In this document: positions 38,395-50,759 of the stretch, piece after piece
How the letters are laid out: the number at the start of each line of letters is the position of its first letter
How positions within the stretch are numbered: position 1 is the stretch's first letter
Source: Octopus sinensis
Lineage: Eukaryota
Direction of reading: 5' to 3'
DNA: 64,000 nt
Assembly (NCBI RefSeq): GCF_006345805.1
Contig: NC_042998.1
Location: 204,972,001 to 205,036,000 of the forward strand
Notes under the pieces: model-generated
The model's database searches: none
What the model saw: the letters and a program-made list of their open reading frames with translations, nothing else
Told to the model about the DNA's origin: nothing
Made by a program: the position numbers and the translations under genes

Positions 38395-38545
38395 CATCAT
38401 ATATATATATATATATTATATTATATATTATATATTGTATAAAAGACTTTCGTAGGCACTTTTCTCTGTAACTTATCAAGCTTTCGGGTTTGTTTACAAA
38501 ATTATATGTATATGTGTGTGTGTATGTATATATACATACACACAT

Positions 38546-38762
38546 TCAAAATGTGACAGCGTGTGTACTGTTGGCGATTTTTTTCCCTCTGTCTTCCCTT
38601 CTTTGGATCTTTCCTTTTCCTACATTTCTGACAAAGAGCTCCGCTCGAAACATTAAATCCTCCTTCTTTCTTTCCTTTCCTGAGCGTCCAATAACATTAT
38701 ACTTGTTCCACGTCCTCGCGTTGTTGTGTTTTCTCTTTGTGTTTTTATGTTTGGATTAACTA
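38546..38762 (+). mobile_element. Repeat 'Y' copy
   Basis: Diverged copy flanked by (TA)n in GALK1 intron 1. Confidence 0.7.
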
Positions 38763-38766
38763 TATT

Positions 38767-38839
<73 letters not shown>

Positions 38840-38840
38840 G

Positions 38841-38887
<47 letters not shown>

Positions 38888-38951
38888 TGATAAAAACGGT
38901 TAGATAACAAAAGAAAGATAGAGACCTTGATATTATGTAAATAGAGGAATT

Positions 38952-39102
38952 TATCTGTAAATGTAATATGAGACACTTATTCGGTAGCCAAGATAAAACT
39001 GAGTTTCGGATGCCGAGGTGGTGTGGATTTCCACCTCAGCATCCGAAACTCAGAGTTTTATCTTGGCTACCGAATAATTGTCGCATATTACATTTACAGA
39101 TA
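38952..39102. repeat. Near-perfect ~150-bp palindrome (foldback element)
   Basis: Arms of ~70 nt with 3 mismatches and one 2-nt indel around a 9-nt loop (TGTGGATTT). Confidence 0.92.
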
Positions 39103-39419
39103 TATATTCATCATCATCATCATCATCATCATTTAGCGTCCGTTTTCCATGCTAGCATGGGTTGGACGGTTTAACTGGGGTCTGTGAAGCCGGAAGGCTT
39201 CATCAGGCCCAGTCAGATTTGGCAGTGTTTCTACGGCTGGATGCCCTTCCTAACGCCAACCACTCTGTGAGTGTAGTGGGTGTTTTTTACGTGCCACCTG
39301 CACAGGTGCGAGACAGAGCTGGCAAATGGCCACGAACGGACGGTGCTTTTACGTGTCACCGGCACGGGGGCCAGCAGAGGCTGGCAACGAACACAAACGG
39401 ATGGTGCTTTTACGTATAT

Positions 39420-39499
<80 letters not shown>

Positions 39500-39792
39500 T
39501 AGATATTTATATTTATATATATATGTGTGTATTTGTGTATTATATATTTATGTTTTATATATGTATGCCTAAATATGCATCTGTGTATTTTTGTGTATAT
39601 ATATTATAGATGGTCTAGTATGCGTATATACTGCTGAAAAAAGTATTTATGTAATATAGCATGAAATTTTAAATTTTAATTTTAATGTATTAATTGACTT
39701 TTATTTCGTATATGATTATTTACCATAGGTATTTGGAATCCATTCTTCGATTTAAGGTTTTCTTCAGTTTTAGAATTGGGTGAATTTGTACT

Positions 39793-39990
39793 CTTTTACT
39801 TGTTTCAGTCATTTGACTGTGGCCATGCTGGAGCACTGCCTTTAGTCGAGCAAATCGACCCCAGGACGTATTCTTTGTAAGCCTAGTACTTATTCTATCA
39901 GTTCTTTTGCCGAACCGCTAAGTTACGGGGACGTAAACACACCAGCATCGGTTGTCAAGCGATGTTGAGGGGAACAAACACATACACATA
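39793..39990 (-). mobile_element. Family-1 SINE 3' half
   Basis: Reverse complement of the tail of 37339-37725. Confidence 0.8.
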
Positions 39991-42189
39991 CATATATATA
40001 TATATATATATTGGAACCTCGTCCCAGCACGAGAGCAATAGAGCCTTGGGGCATAATTAGTTTGATGCCCCATCTTGACTTTCTTTCCTCATAACTTAAA
40101 AAGCAAGACGGGACTCTTTCGGAGATGGCCTCATGAGAGTGAAAATGAAAATTGTTCTGCTTTAACTTTTACTCTGCAATTTTCGTAAAATTTTTATATT
40201 TCTTTACTTCTCTTTGCAGCCACGAGCGAGATAAACAAATACACTCGAATGTACACTCATTAGAAAAGGGAAAACTCATTATTGCTACTAACGATCGTAA
40301 TTTAAACTCCGGAAAAATATACATCACCCACAAGATTACGAGTAAACTAAGTTTGTGAGGCGCTAAACTGTAGTTATGCCGTGTTGCCATTCTCGTTATG
40401 TGAGTGAAGGATTATTACATAAGCAACGTCAACAAGTGTTATTGACGACTGAAAGAAAAGCACTTGAAGATAAGGACATTGATTAGGATAATCAATAAAC
40501 CCTTGACAAGGACGACTGAACTTTGCGATATATTCAAAAGGGAATCGTCTCAATAATTGACACCAATTCCATGTGACATTAGAGAATCTCGACAACTGGA
40601 AGTTAAACCCTTGAAATTACGAATTACCATTCTCTCTACAGACATTTGAGTTTTCGGTGAGAAATTTCAGTGAAATAAATTAAATTATGACGCAGCACGA
40701 TGCTTTGTCAGTGAAGAGGTCGCGGTCGGAAAGCGACGAAAATATTTTGACAAATTAAATCTAAATGTTGAAGTGAATCGAACGGTTTTTGTGTGTTTCT
40801 TAAATGGCTTATAAACACCTTCCACGCTGCAATTGTTTTCGTTCCAGTACACGATCTCAGATCAGGTCACTTGCTATGCAAGTACATCTCCGAAATTAAA
40901 TTATGTTTCATTTTAATTACGGATTTTACCGCCGAACAATTAGAGAGAATAAAGTGAAATCACCAACGTGAAGGGCTCTGCAGACATAGCAGCCAATTCG
41001 CCCTCATACACAATGAATGGATAATGTAGTTCTAAAGAGATGATAGCTAAAAGAACAATGACGAGATGGCTACGGTCGGAACGCTTTTCATCCTAGGTTT
41101 AGTCGATCCAGGCTGACGTGGACCTCAACAATAAATATTTCCTGTTTCGTTGCATTGTTTCCGGCTGTCGCCTCATTCAGTGACAACCTGCTAGAAATAG
41201 AAGCCAAATTTACCTTAAATTGCTCCTTTATATCATTAAAAAGGACCTGGGCTTCCCACACATAGCAAATAGACGAGATGGTCACGGCTGGAATGAATTT
41301 TATTATGGACCTGATCGATCACATCGAGGAAGCCTTTATTTGGATGCTCGACCTGTTATGAATAGCAGTCAAATCTAATCCTTATTTTGTCTTAAGGAAG
41401 CGGCAATGCAATGATAAATATAATCAAACGGTGATTGTCACGGCTAGAACGCCATCGATCGATCGAGATTAATTCATGGCAAGACAGCGAAATTCGCTTT
41501 TCATCATGCTAAAGGTAACAGCCAACTGACACTCAAATCACATTGTATCATCTTAAAAAAGGAAGGACACATTAAACAACAAAGTCCCGGATACCTTGAT
41601 AAATATATAAGACGGGATGGTCACAGATTGGATAGGTGGGGATTTTCCTAACGATAAGCGACAATAACAACAGAACAGGGCTATAAATATTATCACAGAA
41701 GGCAGATAATCAAATCAAACAAAAACCCGGACAAAGCCACTCCAACCGTGATCATCCCAAACATTTTTTAAAGATGTAATTTGAAAGATTTGGTTGCTAT
41801 TTCAAGTAAGAAGTACTACTAGGGGTTCCGTTACCAGTACCCCTAAAGACAATTCAATAAAATTAATTAAATTGACATTTTTTTACCTTTAAATTTCCAA
41901 TCATCTTTATTGAACACCTGTTTTTCATTTACCTGTGAATGTCTTTTAAAACGGATTAATTAATGACATACCTAAAAAAAAAATGTTTAATTCCTATTTT
42001 AACGTCATAAATAAACGTAAATATTTTATTTTATTTTCCTTATTGAATATTTCAAATGTTCAATCCTCCCCGTCCACCAATATTCATTTTTACTACCAAA
42101 TTAATTGTATCAGATACTCCGAGATTTATTATTCTAATAAAATAAAGGTGAGGGAAGAGATGGATGTAAAAACCGTGCAAGATTTGAAT

Positions 42190-42580
42190 TAGTGAAGTTT
42201 GACACCAGATTATGACCTGAGACAGAAATACAAATGGAAAGTAAGCCAGAGACGTCAGCAGGCCGGGCGAAATTCCGCCCAGGTCGACTTTGCCTTTCAT
42301 CCTTTCGGGGTCGATTAAATATGTACCAGTTACGCACCGGAGTCGATATAATTGACTTAATGCATTTGTCTGTCCTTGTTTGTCCCCTCTGTGTTTAGCC
42401 CCTTGTGGGTAGTAAAGAAATAGGTATTTCGTCTGTCGCTACGTTCTGAGTTCAAATTCCGCCGAGGTCGACTTTGCCTTTCATCCTTTCGGGGTCGATT
42501 AAATATGTACCAGTTACGCACCGGAGTCGATCTAATCGACTGGCCCCCTCCCCCAAAATTTTGGGCCTTGAGCCTAGAGT
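42190..42580 (+). mobile_element. SINE with Deu/Nin-domain-like core, partly duplicated
   Basis: GAGGTCGACTTTGCCTTTCATCCTTTCGGGGTCGATTAAATATGTACC occurs twice; further copies ~47380-47520 (-), 48280-48350, 63790-63910. Domain name from recall. Confidence 0.55.
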
Positions 42581-43408
42581 AAATTAGCAATAAACCCTAA
42601 CCACATGTAAAGTGGTCTATGTTTCTATTTAGACCATTGGTTCTCAACCTGGATTCAAATAAGATATTTTGGGGTCCCCGCAACAAAATAGTAAATCAGG
42701 GATCCATAATAGTATTTTAATGGCCCCTAAAAAAAGTTTGCTTTAGATGTTTGGTATATATCGCAAGAGACAGCACGGTTTCTTTCTTGAAAGTTTTAAA
42801 TAGTTCAACTTCTGCAAGTGAATGAGTAAAAAACCAAATAGGAATTTTGAAAGAAGTTTCTATAAAACTAGATTTTAAACATCGAATGGCGATGGGGGGG
42901 GGGGTCTACTAGAATGAAGTAGTAATCAAAGGGGCACATGCCCTGCTGCTGCTGTAGACCCAGGATTTAAGGCATTCCAACTATGATCATCCAGTCTTTC
43001 ATTTTTCAAGCAAACTATACTAGGGACTATATTATCATTATTATTATTATCCTATGTATCCGTTTTAAAGACGGTAGGGCATGGTTTGAAGAGATTCACC
43101 TGTTGTTTCTAGCAGATCAAGTGACCACTAGCTAAGGGTGTTCTTGTTTAGCCCTGGGTCATCTTTAATCGAGTAGTCCTATGATCGGTGATGCCAGCCA
43201 TGACCATCCTGACATGAGAATTCTTTCTAGGATTATATCACTTAATATCGCCCCCCACCACATTTCTGTTTTTTGTTTGTTTGTTTAACGGAGGGACACG
43301 ATATAAAGAAGGAGAAAAGGTAAGACACGGTGTTTAAACTTCCATCAGAATTACTCAAGACAAAACAAGAAACAAGAGGATGGCTGACACAAATGGAAAG
43401 ACTCCTAC

Positions 43409-43576
43409 CATTGGAAACACAAATCCATTGTTGTAATCTGTGTGTTCCCCGATCAGGTTAACGCGACCCGGAGCACAAGCTGCCACGTCTGGATCGCTCT
43501 GGAACCGATCTCGGAATGCTGTTTTGGCTTCTTTCACTAAATCTTCTACGTCCTTGAGGTGTGTAGCATCAGCCAT
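43409..43576 (-). CDS. GALK1: Galactokinase exon 1 (MADATHLKD...[22 protein letters not shown])
   Basis: ATG at 43576; galactokinase signature [12 protein letters not shown]; GTAGGA donor in phase 0; 168 nt. Confidence 0.97.
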
Positions 43577-43619
43577 TGTGGATCTGGAGGCAGATTGTTC
43601 CGTCAGGGTGGAGGTCTCG

Positions 43620-43760
43620 ATCCGGGATCCGATGGGAAATCGACAAAACGTCAACAAAGAAGAAGGCGAGGCGGTGATTAAAGGCGCGTTTAGAGGCAAC
43701 CAATCAGAAGACAGCTCTGCATTGGACCAATCGGAATACAGGGGAGTTCAACATATTACG
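43620..43760 (-). promoter_or_regulatory. Probable GALK1 promoter (CCAAT cluster, CpG-rich)
   Basis: CCAATC at 43700, ATTGG at 43721, CCAATC at 43727; CpG-rich relative to the flanks; TSS not determinable. Confidence 0.6.
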
Positions 43761-43784
43761 CTGACAAGGTGCGAATGAAGTCAC

Positions 43785-43925
43785 ATCGCCACCACCGCCG
43801 CCGCCACCACCACCACCACCGCCACAACCACCGCCGCCGCCACCACCACCACCGCCACAACCACCGCCGCCGCCACAACCACCACCGCCGCCGCCACAAC
43901 CACCACCGCCGCCGCCACAACCACC
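43785..43925. repeat. Higher-order (CCG/CCA/CAA) trinucleotide repeat
   Basis: Direct read; units like (CCG)3-CCACAA-(CCA)2-4. Confidence 0.9.
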
Positions 43926-44429
43926 AGTTGTTGACACCAATGCTGTCATCATCATCACCGTCAACACCACCAACAACATTCCATAACTGATGACAGCGTT
44001 GTAAGTGTATGTTCCCTAAATAGCATTTACCGTGTGGTGGTGGTGGTGGTGGTGGTGGGTCAAGCGAGCTGTAAAACTCTGGTATAAATATCCTCCTCCA
44101 TAGAAAAGTATTGACTTATTTTGTTTTATGTGAAATCGCTTTTAAAACTCGACGAACTTTTCTTCCCCGAAATTGCTGGCCTTGTGCCATAAATTCAATC
44201 CATTGTTGTTGCAGTTGTTGTCATTTTCACTGTGGAGTGATTTTATAATTTACTAGCAGTATCACCCGGCGTTGCTCGGGTTTGTAAGGGAAATAACTAT
44301 ATAAGCATTTTTAGTGAGTTATAGCAAAAAAATAGCAAAAAATGCATTAAAAATGGAATAAAAAAATTATGGTAATTTTTTTTTTAAATCGTTAACAGCT
44401 ACTTTAAACAATAAAATAAAACTAAAATA

Positions 44430-44550
44430 GAAAGAAAGAAAGAAAGACAAGAAGAAAGAAAGGAAGGAAGGAAAGAAAGGAAGAAAGACTGGAAGAAAGA
44501 AGGAAAGAAAGAAAGACAGGAAGAAAGAAGGAAAGAAAGAAAGAAAGACA

Positions 44551-44584
<34 letters not shown>

Positions 44585-44590
44585 AGGAAG
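44430..44590. repeat. (GAAA/GGAA)n tract
   Basis: Direct read. Confidence 0.9.
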
Positions 44591-45261
44591 AATTGAGGTT
44601 GATTCCTCTGCAATAATTGATACGATTTAAATGTTGTTTAGTGAGATTGTTGAGTAAAACAACAACAACCACAAAAAGCGACAAGAATAATAGTGTGGAA
44701 ACCGATGGAAGAATTGTCCAGATTTAAAATGTCACCAAAGCACGACATTCAACATTTTCGAGTTGATTTTTAAAACGAAGGTCGTCGACAATGTTTGTTA
44801 TTGCAGTGGGAGAGGAGATGGCCTTGTTGTGACGTTTGTTATGACAGTCTTGAAATTCTCTGGGAAATCAGAAAAGAAGGCAAAACCCTTATCTCAGTCA
44901 TTATTTCTGCAGACAACAAAGAATTAATTCCTGAACTTATTTATTTATTGTTATTGTTATTGTTGTTGTTATTATTATTATTATATTATTATTATTATTA
45001 TAACGCCAACTCACAGAGTGGTTGGCATTAGGAAGGGCATCCAGCCTTAGAAACATTGTCAGATCAGACTGGGCCTGGTGTAGCCTTACGATATCGTGAT
45101 GTTGTTGATTGAAGATATTGTGTCTACCAGGCGGGAGTTGTATTGTTTGTCAAGTCACAACAAGGACCTCAGACAGACACTACTTTACGCAATATGCATG
45201 CAATTACAAGCAATGCCAATTTTTTGCAATACACCTAGGTTGTAGGGTATTTCTAAGGTTT

Positions 45262-45630
45262 TCAGATGTTTTTTTTTTTCAGATTGGGTGGTATTGAACC
45301 CTGTGCTCCAATGACAAAAGGGACAAACTTTATGTTCAACTCTCGTAGCTGCCACATCTTAGTGATCTCAATTCTAAGCTCTCCATAATTATCAAACTTT
45401 TCTCTTTCTTTCATGATGATATGTTGATCTCCTGGCACTGCCACGTCCATTATTAGGCCCTCTTGTTTGTCCCTCCTAAAGGTTACCTTATCCGGCCTTC
45501 GGTGCTCTAATACCATGTCTGTCTGGAAGTCAGTCCCAGAGGATTTTACCTTCCCCTTTTTGTCCATTACCTTTTCCAGTGTATGTTGGTACCAAGCACC
45601 CATAACCTCATATCCATACTCACAGCATAG
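45262..45630 (-). mobile_element. R4/Dong-like RLE fragment
   Basis: WYQHT...RRPDKV...IMDVAVPGD...EREKFDNY...EITKMW. Confidence 0.75.
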
Positions 45631-45633
45631 TAG

Positions 45634-46351
45634 CCGTTGTCTCCAAGTGCAGTCTTCTAGCACCTACAGAGTATCTCAACAGACATGATAGAGCTGCACA
45701 ATATATTCACTGGGTAATTTGCAAAAACCTTGATTTGCCCCATGAAAAAAACTGGTGGGAACACAAACCACCTCCAGTGCTTGAAAATGACCACATCTCA
45801 CTCCTCTGGAACTTCACCATTCAAACTGACAGAAAGATAGATGCAAATAGGCCAGACATCATATTGAAAGACTTCAGACAAAGAACATGCCTCCTCATTG
45901 ATATGACTGTCCCAATCGATATCAACGTATCTGTCAAGACCTACCGAAAACTGAGCAAATATAAAGATCTTGAAATAGAAATCAGCAAAATGTGGAACCT
46001 GAAGACTAAAACAATACCTGTTGTCATAGGTGCCCTGGGAATGATAGCAAAAGGGGCTGATTGCTACCTAGCTCAGATACCAGGAAACCCCCAAATGGCA
46101 GAAATTCAAACGATAGTGCTCATGGGAACTGCTCATATCCTACGCAAAATACTTTCTATGTAATCTCAAGTTTTAAAACAAACATAATTTTTGCATGTTT
46201 TTTTTAGACATTCACTAGTACAACACCAAAAGAAAAACAAATATATGGCACACTAGGCATAACAACATGAACTTCCAACTTGTTGTCTCTTGAGGTCTCT
46301 GGGTGAGACTTGGAGCCAACTTGTACAAATGTAAAGCAAAAGTCAAACATA

Positions 46352-46355
<4 letters not shown>
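45634..46355 (+). mobile_element. R4/Dong-like RLE fragment with 3' UTR
   Basis: EYLNRHDRAAQYIHW...NRPDII...IDMTVP...KLSKYKDLEIEISKMW; ends in (TAA)n. Confidence 0.85.

Positions 46356-46440
<85 letters not shown>
46354..46440. repeat. (TAA)n(TTA)n inverted microsatellite
   Basis: Direct read; the two halves are reverse complements. Confidence 0.92.
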
Positions 46441-48629
46441 TGCAGAGTTCTACAATATATTTGAACTTCCAGTGGCAGAAACGCCCACCCCCCTTTTTAA
46501 AGCTGATCTCGGCAAGGTTCTATTCACTTCACTTCACATTCTTTCGAATGGATAAAATAAATACCAGTGAACTACTGAGATGGGGGGGGGGTTATTCAGT
46601 TATATTAATGAATATTTTTTCACCTCTGACATTCATTGTTGATCAAAGCCAGAATCAGACATCAAGGAATCACATTTCTAACCAAGCCAGCAGATCAGTT
46701 TCAATACCTAGTTGCTAATATTTATGGGAAAGGCATGAATGCCATGTCATCTCATCTTATCCCAAACATGTATCAAGCAAAGACAATAGTTATTAAAACT
46801 GAGACAAAATGGAGGAGAAAGCCAATAAAATTGATTTCAAGCAAATTATTGTTACTTTGAACCCAGAAGGACAAAAGGTAAAACTGACCTTATCCAGATT
46901 TGAACTCACAACTTAAAATGATGTAACAGGTTACCACAAGGTATTTGACCAGATCCCTCTCTGGAGCCACCCTGGATAAAGTGGGATGGCATCATGCCAG
47001 CAATGGCAGTGAACTGGCAGCATGGTTAGAGAAGTTTTTTGGCTCTTTACGTTCTGACTTAAAACTCAACTGAGGTCAATTTTAACCTTAATCCCCTCAG
47101 AGAGGGGGGGGGGTCAATAAAGTCAGGTACCAGACCCCGTGAAATGACACAGTTGTAAGAACATCAGACAAGATCCCTTGTGGTATTTGTTCCACCTCGT
47201 TGTGTTCTGAGTCCTTAGCTGGTAGAATAGACTAAATCCATCCTGGCCCAGTTTAGTGAAATTGTTTCAGCCGAATTTGAAACGTGGCTACCAAGAGCTC
47301 ATCACTGACCTGTAGGAGCTGGGTTTAATATTAGTTTCAACTTTGGGCACAAGGCCAGCAATTTTGGGGGTGGGGCAAGTCAGTTACATTGACCCCAGCA
47401 CTCAACTGGTACTTATTTTATCGACCTCTAAAGAAGGAAAGCTCAACCTCAGTAGAATTTGAACTCCGGGCGAAATGCTGCCAAACATTTTGGCCAGCAT
47501 GCTAACGATTCTGCCAGCTCGCCATCTTAGTTTGGTTTAATGTCAAGTCCTTATATGAAGCATAAGGCTGCCATCTAGTGGTACTTTATGGACCTAAGAA
47601 AATTGAAGTTATCCTTGGTGGGATTTGAAACCAGAAGAGAAAAAGACATTCGACTTAGAGACAAGGCCAGAAAATAATTGTAAAGAGATGTGATTTAATT
47701 GATATCGGTTAATTACTGGTATCTTGTGATTGGACTAGTGGTGGCCGTGGGACCTTTTATGATGTTGCCAGATTTGCTAGAAATAGCAACCAAATCTCCT
47801 TCAAATCACTTCCTCTCTCATAACAAAGAGAAGAATATATTAGATGATATAGTTGCAGATACGTTATGTCTGAAAATAAGAAGAGCTGGTGACGAGAGAA
47901 GCTCCTTTTGATCTCAGGATTTCTGGGTTAGGATTGAATAAGGTTCAAAAAGCAACTGAGAGATAATTTTATCAATTAAAAAGTTGTAGAAGTCTGTTTG
48001 AACACTCAATAAGGAATGTAACTTGAATACAGTAACATAATAGTCGGGCGCTCCACCGATTCCACCAGTCTGTCAGTTTACATTGGATACTAAACATATT
48101 CAGCCAAGACCCAGATATTTTCAGAGAAGGTCCATTCAATGAAAGAACAAGCGACCCACAGGGGGAATTTTACTGAATAGCACACAACGTTTATTTGGGT
48201 GCTCTACTGACTACATCATTCCTTTACTTCAAATATTAAAGGATGACGGAATCAATTTAGTCGACATTTCATATTCTGTTCTGAGTTCAAATCCCACCGA
48301 GGTCGACTTAACCTTTCATCCTTCCAGGGTCGATAAAATAAAGTACGGGGGCGGGTTTAATATTTATATAATACATCCTACAGGAGGATGGAATTGTAAC
48401 AGAAGAGAAAGACATTTGTATTTGATCAGTGCTTAATCGATCCCAGATTGATTGAATGTAAATCTCAATGAAATTTAAACAGTGAAGAGATGTAAGGTCT
48501 CATTGAACGATCTTCCTTTCAAAAGAGAACACCAGTTTTTACTGGAGTGATATCAAATTAAATGGAGTCGTGAGGCCTCTATTTTCGTTATTTAATCACT
48601 GAACTCAACCCTCACCATTTTTCCTATTT

Positions 48630-49545
48630 TACTTTCCAGGGAAGTTGGGGAATACCCGGAACTTTCCAAAAAAATCCTCGGAACTTTCCAGGAAGTTTCC
48701 GACCGATTTTCTAGGAAGTCGGGGTAATCACCGGAACTTTCCATGAAATCCTCGGAACTTTAAGTTTCCAACCAATTTTCGGAACTTTCCACGAAGTTTC
48801 TGACCAGTTTTCTAGGAAGTCTGGGGAATCACCGGAACTTTCCATGAAATCCTCGGAACTTTACAGGAAGTTTCCGACCAATTTTCCAGGAAATCAGAGG
48901 AATCCCCTGAACTTTCCATGAAATCCTCCGAACTTTCCAGGACGTTTCTGACCAATTTTCCAGGAAGAGGGGGGATCCCCGGAACTTCCCATAAAAATCA
49001 TCGGAACTTCCCAGGGAGTTTCCGACCAATTTTCCAGGAAGTTGGGGAACCCCCGGAACTTTCCATGAAACCATCGGAAGTTTCCGACCAATTTTCCAGG
49101 AAGTCGGGGAATCCCCGGAACTTTCCATGAAATCCTCGGGACTTTCCAGGAAGTTTCTGATCAAATTTCCAGAGAAGTTGTGGAATCCCCGGAACTTTCC
49201 AGGACATTTCCTAACAATTTTCCAGGAAGTCGGGGAATCCCTGGAACTTACCATGAAATCCTCGCAACTTTCCAGGAAGTTTCCGACCAATTTTCCAGGA
49301 AGTCGGTGGAATCCCCAGAACTTTCTATGAAATCCTCGGAACTTTCCAGAAAGATCCCGGCCAATTTTCCAGGAAGTCGTTGGAATCCCCGGAATTTTCC
49401 ATGGAATCATCGGAACTTTCCACGAAGTTTCCGATCGATGTTCTAGGAAGTCGCGGGAATCCCCCGGAACTTTCTATGAAATCCTCGGTACTTTCCAGGA
49501 AGTTTCCAACCAATTTTCCAGGAAGTCGGAGAAGCCTCGGAACTA
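48630..49545. repeat. ~73-bp minisatellite, about 12 units
   Basis: Consensus by eye GGAACTTTCCATGAAATCCTC-GGAACTTTCCAGGAAGTTTCC-GACCAATTTTCCAGGAAGTC-GGGGAATCCCC. Confidence 0.92.
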
Positions 49546-49547
49546 TC

Positions 49548-49760
49548 ACCAGTGCCTTTTTTATGTGACACCATCACTGGTGCTTTTTACGAAGCATCAT
49601 CACTGATGCTTTTCATATGACAGCACCACCTGCGCATTTTACATGGCAACATCACTGATACTTTTTATGTGGCACCAGCACCAGTGCGTTTTACATGGCA
49701 CCATCACCAGTGCTTTTTCCATGGCCTTAGCACCAGTACTTCTTTTACAGAGCACCAACA
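49548..49760. repeat. ~26-27-bp degenerate tandem repeat
   Basis: GTGCTTTTTATGTGGCACCA(G/T)CACCA-like units. Confidence 0.75.
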
Positions 49761-50147
49761 TCAACAGGGTCATAATGTATCTTGCAAAACAAAAACCCAA
49801 CCCCTCAACTGGAAGACGGGGAGTCAAGTGGTGTCAGAAGCCTTTTACAAAATCTCTGGCTATTGATCAACAATATACATTTTTTATCAATGTTTGTAGA
49901 CGCATGGCTTTTTTGAGAGTTCGTTACTTTTACCTACTAATTAGACATTGAAGGTTCAAGTGTGCATCATATCATTTTACAACATTCTTCAGAACTGTTC
50001 CTTTTTTGTGCAGTTTCAGTTTTATTTGGTGATTAGGAATGATTATCAAAACAATATTTCTTGAGATAATTATTTAAAGAGAGATAATTATTTTGGTTTT
50101 CAATTTGAAATTATGAGAAATTAAAAACAAAAACAAATTCATTTTCC

Positions 50148-50190
<43 letters not shown>

Positions 50191-50348
50191 TTTCTCTTTC
50201 TCTCTCTCTCTCTCTGAATAATTAACTCTAAAAGTTGTGATTATATGAAAGCTTTGTCATTATCATAGTTTGAAACATAAATTCCTGCTGTTCCTCCTCC
50301 TCCTTCTACTCCCCTTTGTCCTCCTTATCATTATGGTCATCGTTATTG

Positions 50349-50382
<34 letters not shown>

Positions 50383-50759
50383 TAATATCATCACCTTCAT
50401 TAAATTCATCATGGAGACAGGTGTTAAGTGATGATGATGATGATGATGATGAAGACAATCGTCATCACCATCGTTGTTGTCATCGTTCTTGTCACTATCA
50501 TCAATCTGCAAATTCTTGTCCTCTTCCTCCATGGAAATACACCTTCCCCAACACAGGGCCTAGGCATTTGTCATCATCACCTATCACATGGCTCTCAAGG
50601 TTCAGCATCCTAAAATCCCAATTTCTTTTCATACCTTCCTCAGTTTTCCTCTTTCAAAACTTTCTTCTTTTTCAAGTTACTTCATCTGTCCTTACCTAAC
50701 CATTACCCACCATTTGACAAAAGAAAAAAATGGTAAATACTCTAATGCTCACAAATTTG

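Noticed and set aside
43577-43747. In-frame, stop-free extension upstream of the GALK1 ATG (TTG start in the ORF track)
   Set aside because: It runs through the CCAAT boxes, so much of it is probably upstream of the TSS; the ATG at 43576 gives a normal-length galactokinase; no evidence for non-AUG initiation.
43704-43990. Poly-Gly and His/Arg-rich ORFs
   Set aside because: Translations of the CCG/CCA repeat.
48630-49568. CRISPR-like or coding interpretation of the 73-bp array (several ORFs up to 193 aa on both strands)
   Set aside because: No unique spacers or cas genes and the context is eukaryotic; the ORFs arise because the unit is poor in stop codons.
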